From contig NZ_CP026606.1 in assembly GCF_002945325.1 (NCBI RefSeq), positions 480,001 through 512,000 of the forward strand: a stretch of DNA of 32,000 nt, written 5' to 3'. A model generated the notes under the pieces. That model was given only the letters and a program-made list of their open reading frames with translations. It was not told where the DNA came from and searched no databases. This document shows positions 8,339 to 15,617 of the stretch, piece by piece (the stretch's first letter is position 1; each line of letters begins with the position of its first letter). Both the position numbers and the translations under genes were made by a program. This DNA is from Methanococcus maripaludis. Lineage in GTDB: Archaea > AGJL01 > Methanococci > Methanococcales > Methanococcaceae.

Positions 8339-8926
8339 ATGATCATAGGTTATGCAAGGGTATCTACTAAGGATCAGAAACTTGACAGGCAGATTGATGA
8401 ACTGAAATCTTTTGGATGCGAAAAAATATTTTTAGAAAAGATTTCTGGAACTAAGAAAATTAGACCCGAATTTGATAAAATGCTAGAAATGTTACGAAAG
8501 AATGATTTAGTTGTTGTAAGTGAACTTACAAGGCTTTCTAGAAGTACAAAAGATTTAATTGACATAATGAACCGTTTTGAACAGATGGATGTTTCAGTGA
8601 AAAGTTTAAAAGAGGCATGGCTTGATACATCGACTGCTCATGGTAAATTACTTTTTACAATTTTTGCAGGCCTTGCAGAATTTGAGCGAGATTTAATTTC
8701 TGAAAGAGTAAAGTCTGGATTAAATGCTGCAAGATCTCGTGGAAAACTAGGTGGAAGGCCTACGGTAAGGAATGAAAAAATAAATCTGGCTTTAAAAATG
8801 TATGATTCAAAAGAATATTCGATAAATGAGATTTTAAAGGCTACAGGAATTAGTAAAAGTACACTTTATAATTATTTGGAAAAACGGAGAGAATGTATTA
8901 TTCAAAATCTAAATCATAATATTTAA
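8339..8926 (+). CDS. Small serine recombinase (resolvase/invertase family)
   Basis: MIIGYARVSTKDQKLDRQ catalytic-Ser N-terminus, conserved VVSELTRLSRS and FAGLAEFERDLISERVKSGL, and a C-terminal HTH (ILKATGISKSTLYNYL). ATG at 8339 follows AGGTGG; the track start GTG 8330 lies in the SD. Confidence 0.9.
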   Translation: MIIGYARVSTKDQKLDRQIDELKSFGCEKIFLEKISGTKKIRPEFDKMLEMLRKNDLVVVSELTRLSRSTKDLIDIMNRFEQMDVSVKSLKEAWLDTSTAHGKLLFTIFAGLAEFERDLISERVKSGLNAARSRGKLGGRPTVRNEKINLALKMYDSKEYSINEILKATGISKSTLYNYLEKRRECIIQNLNHNI

Positions 8927-8950
8927 ATTACGTAAAGTAAAGGATATAAT

Positions 8951-9388
8951 ATGACTAAAAATGATAACATTATTATAATTACTGCTTGTGGTGGTAGCAA
9001 AGAAGGTAAGCCCCAAAAAGCAGGAACATTATACAAATCTTCAAGAATACGGCATTTGTATAAAAAAGCATTAGAATTTGATGTTCCATTTTATATTTTA
9101 AGTGCTAAATATGGATTAATTAACTCAGAAAAAATAATAGACCCCTACAATCAAATAATGACTAAAGAACGGGCATTATTTCTTAAACCTTCGGTTAAAA
9201 AAACGCTTGAAGACTTTGAATATGTTGTGTTCTTCGAAGGGGGTGCCCGAAAAGAATATCGTGATTTAATTCATGAATCTACGAATGAATTGGGCTTGCA
9301 GTTAATTGCTTTCGGGTATAAGACTATGGGAGATATTGGGGAATTGAAGAATATACTGGGGGGAATAAATGGCTTCAAACAAACTTGA
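8951..9388 (+). CDS. Small alpha/beta protein with a YaaA/DUF6884-like motif; first gene of the four-gene operon
   Basis: N-terminal IIIITACGGSK strand-loop and ILSAKYGLINSEKIIDPYNQIM, which resembles the LSxxYG(V/L)...PY motif as I remember it from YaaA/DUF328 and DUF6884 proteins (unverified). Overlaps the next gene by 20 nt. Confidence 0.4.
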   Translation: MTKNDNIIIITACGGSKEGKPQKAGTLYKSSRIRHLYKKALEFDVPFYILSAKYGLINSEKIIDPYNQIMTKERALFLKPSVKKTLEDFEYVVFFEGGARKEYRDLIHESTNELGLQLIAFGYKTMGDIGELKNILGGINGFKQT

Positions 9389-11048
9389 AAATGTAAAAGA
9401 ATATATAAAAGATCCTGGAAAGCATAAAGCGCTTGTAAACCATTATTTATTAATATCTAATGAATTAAACGATAATAAAGAGTTATTGGAAACGTTATTA
9501 AATTTTAACATGAATGAACTTCCAAAAGCTATTTTAAGTAGTACTCCATTACAACTTAAAAATCTCAAAGGGGGCCCCCTGTCAGACTTTCCTTTAGAAA
9601 TAAAAAGTTGTTTGAAAAATAACAGAGTTTTTACTACTCAAAAAGAACTAATTAAAAACTTAGACTTAGACAAGGTTACTAATCTTTTAAAATCTGAAAA
9701 AATAGAATTGATTGGTATCGATGAGTCAAAGGTTGAAATACCTAGAGCAGGCTGTCTTTTTGCATATTTAAAAAGTGTTGCTTTTAGAATAAGTCTCGAT
9801 AATGAAAAACAGATTGAATCAATAGGGCCCATGGTAAATAAATTTAGAGTGACAATTAAAGATGAAGAAGATGCTGAATTTGAAAAAGAATCCCAGTTAA
9901 TAGGTTATTTAAGAAACATGTTTGTTGCATGGGTTGCCATTAAAAATTCACTTGAAAATGGATATAAACCAATAGTATTTTTACACGGGCCGTTAGTTAG
10001 GGCTATCGGAGGATTTACAGATATTGTGTTTGAAAAAGATACGTTAATAGATCTATTTACGATTTCCGAAGATATCGACGTTAATGAAAATTCGGATTTT
10101 TCCATATCTGGAAAAGAAATTATTAAAGAATTTCACGAAAATGAATCTAAAAATTGGCATAAGATCTATTCCAAAACAATTAAACGGCTAAACGATCCGG
10201 ACTATTCTGGAAAAGATCTTTGGAAACAGGCTTTACCTGTGGATATTACTGAAGAAGATGAACCTTTGAAATCATTTGAAGAACGAGAATATTATCCTGG
10301 AATTTCCATATATTTTTGGATGCTTGGAAAATTGTATGATGTATGTAAAGAAAATAAGGTACCACTCACTGCCACAGTGGAATCGATAAGTAGATCTACT
10401 GAATTTTTACAGTACGTTTTACCCACATTATTAGATAAAACTCCCGATATCCTCCCTGAAGACATTATGGAATTTGAAAAGGGATATGATAAAATAATTA
10501 AAATACGAAATGATGATGGGCGAAAAGAAAACTTTTACCGAAAGACTTACGGATTATTAAAAAATCTAAACATCACTGATTCCGTAGTAACCTCATATTT
10601 ATTAAATGAATCGGAATACACAACACCCATCCGAACGTGTAGGTATCAACCTCGTAGTATGTATTTAAATGCGTTAGGCCATCGGGAATTGGGCATAAAA
10701 GACAATTATAGTCCTATTTTGGAACATTACTTTAAAGCGTCCAATAAAATATTTTTTTCATATTTAAAAACTACTCCACTAAGGGAGCCCATAAGGGTAG
10801 AATTTTTTAATATTTATGATAATTACGATGAAATCATTGGTCTTAATTATCTATTTTCATTGATGTATCCCGATTATGGGATACCTGTGATGATATTTTA
10901 TGCAGATAAAATTGCTAGAACTCATAAAAATTATTTACAAATAATTTTGGACAGCATTTCATACGATATGCTTGTAAAAGGGGAATTTGATATTGAAAAA
11001 TTTTTAAGATTTGGAAATCATTTCACAAGAAACTTTTTTGAAAGGTGA
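9369..11048 (+). CDS. NurA-like (RNase H-fold) nuclease candidate
   Basis: Motifs in NurA order: LIGIDES, IVFLHGPLV (DGSL position), TATVESISRST, GIPVMIFYADKIAR. Abuts a HerA gene. Confidence 0.5.
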   Translation: MASNKLENVKEYIKDPGKHKALVNHYLLISNELNDNKELLETLLNFNMNELPKAILSSTPLQLKNLKGGPLSDFPLEIKSCLKNNRVFTTQKELIKNLDLDKVTNLLKSEKIELIGIDESKVEIPRAGCLFAYLKSVAFRISLDNEKQIESIGPMVNKFRVTIKDEEDAEFEKESQLIGYLRNMFVAWVAIKNSLENGYKPIVFLHGPLVRAIGGFTDIVFEKDTLIDLFTISEDIDVNENSDFSISGKEIIKEFHENESKNWHKIYSKTIKRLNDPDYSGKDLWKQALPVDITEEDEPLKSFEEREYYPGISIYFWMLGKLYDVCKENKVPLTATVESISRSTEFLQYVLPTLLDKTPDILPEDIMEFEKGYDKIIKIRNDDGRKENFYRKTYGLLKNLNITDSVVTSYLLNESEYTTPIRTCRYQPRSMYLNALGHRELGIKDNYSPILEHYFKASNKIFFSYLKTTPLREPIRVEFFNIYDNYDEIIGLNYLFSLMYPDYGIPVMIFYADKIARTHKNYLQIILDSISYDMLVKGEFDIEKFLRFGNHFTRNFFER

Positions 11049-11053
11049 TTTTT

Positions 11054-12937
11054 TTGAAAAAAATAGTTATTGGTGCAAGTTTAGGTTCAACTTCGGCATT
11101 TAGATTTAAGTTTATATTAACTGATGATGAATTTGAAAAAGAAAATTTAGTTTATAATTATGTGGAATTAAACCTTAATGGGCAGGTTGATGAAGTACTA
11201 ATCGCGAAAATTATTGATGTTAAAAAAGAAAATCCATTGGTAACTCCAGAACAGGCTGGGGCTTTGGCAAAGGATGTATTGTCCCAAATAAATTCTTTTA
11301 CAATTCCTCAAAGATTTACATATGCAGTAGCCGAATGTGAAGTTGTAGGTATTCTAAAAGAGGGAAAACTAGAAATGAATAGAAAATCTATCCCTCCTGC
11401 AACCGATATATTTCCAATAAGTCAAAAAAGTATAGAACAGCTATTTCATGATAAAAGTCCAAATTATTTACCTATCGGCGGAATGGAAAGCTTTAAGGGC
11501 TCTTATGGTACCCCAATTACCATAAATGGGGATGAATTAGTTACAAAACATTTTGCTATTTTTGGAATGACGGGATCTGGAAAAACAAACACAGCTGCAA
11601 AAGTTATTGAAGAATTAGCCATTAGGGGATATAATATTGTACTATTTGATCCCCATGATGATTATCAAAATATTAACGATTTTTCAGGTATTAAAGATTA
11701 TTTTGAGAAAAATAATATTGATTGGGATATAATTAAGAATAATTTCGCAGAAAAAAATATTTCTGAGGAAGAAATATTCTCATTTTTGCAGACTGTATCT
11801 GTTGTATATAATATTCCCATAGTGGGATATCTTTTGAAAATATCTGAAAATGGAAAAGCCTCATTAAATGAGTTATTAATGAAAATTTTAGGCGACGATA
11901 CATTGATTGAATGTATTAAAAATAGTGCCATATTCCAAAGACAGATGAATTTCGCAGAAAAACCGAATGATACAGAAATACCTACTGAAGAAAATAAAAA
12001 GTATGTTTCAACATACAATATATTTCCAGAACTTAGAGATTATGGTAAAAATCATGGCACATTTTCTAAACGACTTATGGAATGCTTTTTAGGGGAAAAA
12101 TTTACGGGGCCACAAGAAAGAATATTGGCATTGTGTAACTCGGATCAGAAAGGAATAGACTATATTAATGAGTTAAAAATCGTATGTGAACCAGAAGAAA
12201 GCAATGGAAAAGCTAAAAATACCCAGGACTCTACAAAAATGGCTTTAGCAGGTAAATTTACCACACTAGAAACAATTTACCACAATGCGTCAAAAGCGTC
12301 AAAAGCTTGCGACATTGAAGAGTTGATGAAAAATATTACTGATTCGGAATCGAAATCCAGGATACACCGTATTTCTTTATCCTCCCTTTCAGAAAGTATG
12401 AGAAAAACGACCGTTTATGCAGTTGTAAATTATATTTTTAATGAATATAAATATAATAACGAGTTAAAGGACAAAACCCCTGTTTTATTTATTTTAGAAG
12501 AAGCAAGAAGTTTAATTCCGAAAAATACACGAGAACATATTCCAAGTCTATCTGCAGTAGAGGCCCTTAGGGACCTTGCATATGAGGGTAGGAAGTTTAA
12601 ATTGGCATATGGGTTAATTTCTCAAAAACCATCTACTATTGATGAAGAGGTAGCCTCCCAGTGTAATACATTAATATTGCAACAGTTAAAAAGCCCTGAT
12701 GACCAAAGTTATGTTAAAAAGGTAACTGAAGGGATGACAGAGGAAGAATTATCTATATTAAAAAATATAGGAACGGGAAAAGCAGTTGTAACCGGAACTG
12801 CAATAAAATCAACAGTATTAATTGATGTTTTTAGAAGATATAGTAAAGAAGGTGTTAAAGAACCAAGGCCATTAAGCGACATTGTAATAAATGAGGTTAA
12901 TGATATTAAGAATAAATTAAAATTTGAGGAAAATTGA
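11054..12937 (+). CDS. herA: HerA-family hexameric ATPase/translocase
   Basis: Walker A FGMTGSGKTNT, Walker B VLFILEEARSL, and EGRKFKLAYGLISQKPSTIDEEVASQCNTLILQQLKSPDD, typical of HerA/DUF87. The track start GTG 11045 is inside the SD AGGTGAT, so TTG at 11054 is likelier. Confidence 0.85.
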   Translation: MKKIVIGASLGSTSAFRFKFILTDDEFEKENLVYNYVELNLNGQVDEVLIAKIIDVKKENPLVTPEQAGALAKDVLSQINSFTIPQRFTYAVAECEVVGILKEGKLEMNRKSIPPATDIFPISQKSIEQLFHDKSPNYLPIGGMESFKGSYGTPITINGDELVTKHFAIFGMTGSGKTNTAAKVIEELAIRGYNIVLFDPHDDYQNINDFSGIKDYFEKNNIDWDIIKNNFAEKNISEEEIFSFLQTVSVVYNIPIVGYLLKISENGKASLNELLMKILGDDTLIECIKNSAIFQRQMNFAEKPNDTEIPTEENKKYVSTYNIFPELRDYGKNHGTFSKRLMECFLGEKFTGPQERILALCNSDQKGIDYINELKIVCEPEESNGKAKNTQDSTKMALAGKFTTLETIYHNASKASKACDIEELMKNITDSESKSRIHRISLSSLSESMRKTTVYAVVNYIFNEYKYNNELKDKTPVLFILEEARSLIPKNTREHIPSLSAVEALRDLAYEGRKFKLAYGLISQKPSTIDEEVASQCNTLILQQLKSPDDQSYVKKVTEGMTEEELSILKNIGTGKAVVTGTAIKSTVLIDVFRRYSKEGVKEPRPLSDIVINEVNDIKNKLKFEEN

Positions 12938-13962
12938 TGATTCCATTTTTTGTGTTAGATCGACCTGCTAGTTTGGAAATATTGAAGGGACTTTTATTGA
13001 ATTACCCTGGACAAACATTTGGTTTAATGACGCATGCAAACGTTTCGGATCGTTTTACTGAGTTATTTTGTCAGTATCCTTATACAACAGAAACAAAATA
13101 TTACGATGAAAGCGTAGATATTTCAAAACTTGTAGATATTGACAATAATTTGATAAAAATTTCCGATAGTGGAGCTTTTCAAAAAAATGGAAAAGTACAT
13201 CCATATCCTGAACTTTTTCAAAAATATAACGCGCTTGGCGTACATTATGGAATTATTAATGATGTACTTCAGGATATGGATAACACTATTAAAAGTGCTA
13301 TCAAAGCCATAAATACTTACGATGACATGAAAAAAGAATGTAACTTCGAACTCATGGGTGTTGCACAAGGAAAAACTCCTGAAGAGTATTGTAAATGTTA
13401 TGGCGAACTCGAAAGTATGGGTTATAAAACAATTGCAGTTGGCGGGCTTTTAAAAAGAAATGGGGATTCCAACTATGTAATGATGAATGGGGAAGTGAGA
13501 ATGAAAAACATTGTTACAGCCATTAAAGAGAAATACGGGCCCGAAAAATTATTTACTCTTGGAATATACCACCCAAATAGGCATGATTTACTCGAAAGTT
13601 TAGATATTTGGGGGGCGGATTATAAAGGCTGGCTTTTTCATTATGATGAATATTATTATACTTCCAAAAAATTATTGGAAGAATCTGGAAAGTATACTGA
13701 ATCGATAGAAAATGCTTATAAACACTTTATGAAATGTAAAAGTAATCATGTGGCTGAAAGATCTCCTGAAAATCGAAAAATGTTTTTAAACTCCAAAAAA
13801 TTATTGGATGCGGAGTTAAAAAAAATAGATACTTCGTTACAGGAATTTAGATATCGGGAAGTTAGGAAAACTTTGGAAGAAAAGATAGTTTTAAAAATGA
13901 TTTCTAAAGGAATAGACGAATCAATATTCGAAAAAATCATGCCTGGTCAGGAAGTATATTGA
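12937..13962 (+). CDS. Short tRNA-guanine-transglycosylase-superfamily protein, DpdA-like (no zinc site, no PUA domain)
   Basis: Ordered TGT motifs ISDSGAFQ, MGVAQG, TIAVGGLL, FTLGIYHPN...WGADY. 341 aa. The ATG shares one nucleotide with the HerA stop (TGATG). SD GAGGA upstream. Confidence 0.6.
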   Translation: MIPFFVLDRPASLEILKGLLLNYPGQTFGLMTHANVSDRFTELFCQYPYTTETKYYDESVDISKLVDIDNNLIKISDSGAFQKNGKVHPYPELFQKYNALGVHYGIINDVLQDMDNTIKSAIKAINTYDDMKKECNFELMGVAQGKTPEEYCKCYGELESMGYKTIAVGGLLKRNGDSNYVMMNGEVRMKNIVTAIKEKYGPEKLFTLGIYHPNRHDLLESLDIWGADYKGWLFHYDEYYYTSKKLLEESGKYTESIENAYKHFMKCKSNHVAERSPENRKMFLNSKKLLDAELKKIDTSLQEFRYREVRKTLEEKIVLKMISKGIDESIFEKIMPGQEVY

Positions 13963-14200
13963 TTTTCGGTTTTTCTGCAGGCATATAATAAGAATATTCT
14001 GAAAAAAACCTTATTTTTTTAGAAAAATTTCTAACCTTATTTTTTTCATAAACTCAGGCTATTTTTAATCATGATTTACTTTGAAAATATGAAAAAGTAT
14101 AATCTTAAACTTTTCCACCCATTCACAAAAAACCCTTCATCGAAAATTTAATATTTTAGCCGCCTTAAATTAAATTTAATTATATTTATCGAGGGGAATT

Positions 14201-15532
14201 GTGGGAAAATTTGATAATTATTTAGAAAAGAATTATGAAAAAATATTTTCAATTTTAGAAATAATAATTTCTTTTAAATTTGGGTTTGTTACAATCCTTG
14301 TTCCAATGATTTTAATGTTAATCATGATTACTTCTTTTATCTATTTTTTTAGGATTGATACGTTACTTATAGTTGCAGTTGGAATAAGCGAGGCTTTGAA
14401 ATTTTCTGTTGCTTTTTATATAGTGTCATTTATTGTATATATCCTCTTTCTGACCAAATTTCCAACTTATAAAGATAACCCATTCAATAATTTTAATATT
14501 GCAGACATTCTGATTGCCATATTTCTATTTGCAATTCTTGTATCCTTTATGATGTCAAATTATACACTGATGGGTCCCGAATTCTACAAAAACGTTATTA
14601 AAATAATATATAGCTCTGAATTCTACGACAATATTCTTAAACTAATATCGGGACTTGGAACTTTTATTGTGGCCGCTGTAGCAGTAGTAAGTGCTGGTCA
14701 AGGAAAAGAACAGATTAAAGAAATGAAAGAACAGAGAAAATTACAACATGATCCCGAATTAATTGCAGAAAATGAATTTAAAATTTATTTTCATAATTGC
14801 AATGAATTTTTACATGAAATAATAGGTAAAGATGATGAGTATGATATCAAAAGGTTTGAAGATTCGATATATTCTTGGTCAAACTCATCAGAAAAACCTG
14901 AAAACTACCAAAAAATGATTTTAAATGAAATTAATGATCCAAATGATGAAATAACTCAATTTCAGAAACTTATAAACTTAGAAACTCATTTTGAAGATGA
15001 TTTCGGAGTAAAAATTTATAATGTTGGAAACGGGGTTGCAAAAAAAATAAATTACAGGTGGGAGTGTGATTTTGAGGAATTATATTCTTCAATTTTGGAA
15101 AATAATCGTATAAATGATCATAGGGTATATTCAGACTGCAGTGAGGGAGAGAATGCCTATTTTATGGGTGACACCATGATTCTAAATTGTAATTCGTATT
15201 TAGCGAGTGGTAATTACAATCTACTACTACCACACAGAACCCCTGATGATTTTATAATTATACCCTTACCAAAAGATCTTTTTAAAGCTTTAGGATATTT
15301 ATTTAAAACTGCTGATCTAACTGACATCTCTTTAAAAATATATTTAAAATTAGATTACACGGGAATAGACAATACTCCCCATTCTAAAACATATTTATTA
15401 GAAAGTGACAGTTATCTTTTTAATTGGTATTCTGGAATAATTGAGGCATATAGTCCACATTTTTATGAATTTTTCTTCAAAATCAGTGAAATAAAAGAAG
15501 AAATTGAAGAAACCACCAAATCCTCAAAATAA
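14201..15532 (+). CDS. Membrane protein (about 5 N-terminal TM helices) with an uncharacterised C-terminal soluble domain
   Basis: GTG start after GAGGGG. Hydrophobic N-terminal 170 aa. No recognisable motifs in the remainder. Confidence 0.55.
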   Translation: MGKFDNYLEKNYEKIFSILEIIISFKFGFVTILVPMILMLIMITSFIYFFRIDTLLIVAVGISEALKFSVAFYIVSFIVYILFLTKFPTYKDNPFNNFNIADILIAIFLFAILVSFMMSNYTLMGPEFYKNVIKIIYSSEFYDNILKLISGLGTFIVAAVAVVSAGQGKEQIKEMKEQRKLQHDPELIAENEFKIYFHNCNEFLHEIIGKDDEYDIKRFEDSIYSWSNSSEKPENYQKMILNEINDPNDEITQFQKLINLETHFEDDFGVKIYNVGNGVAKKINYRWECDFEELYSSILENNRINDHRVYSDCSEGENAYFMGDTMILNCNSYLASGNYNLLLPHRTPDDFIIIPLPKDLFKALGYLFKTADLTDISLKIYLKLDYTGIDNTPHSKTYLLESDSYLFNWYSGIIEAYSPHFYEFFFKISEIKEEIEETTKSSK

Positions 15533-15548
15533 CCCATTTAAACCAATT

Positions 15549-15617
15549 CAACTTTAAAAAGAGTAATTTAAGATAAAAATTCTTAAAATTAAAAGAATAA
15601 GGTTATTTTAAATTTCT
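15549..15617. repeat. About 70-nt intergenic repeat, copy 1 (3' flank of the OLD gene)
   Basis: About 84% identical by hand alignment to 25970-26037: TCAACTTTAAAAAGAGTAATTTAAGATAAAAATTCTTAAAATTAAAAGAATAAGGTTATTTTAAA vs TCAACTTAAAAAGAGCAATTTGAGCTAAGAATTATTAAAATTAAAATGATAAGGTTATTTTAAA. Confidence 0.7.

Noticed and set aside
9369-12937. HerA/NurA pair as the housekeeping DNA end-resection operon
   Set aside because: No mre11/rad50 genes are adjacent. The NurA-like protein is highly divergent (HGPL instead of DGSL). The pair is translationally fused into an operon with a TGT-like gene, behind a methyltransferase and a recombinase. An accessory role is more likely, but this cannot be excluded without the rest of the genome.
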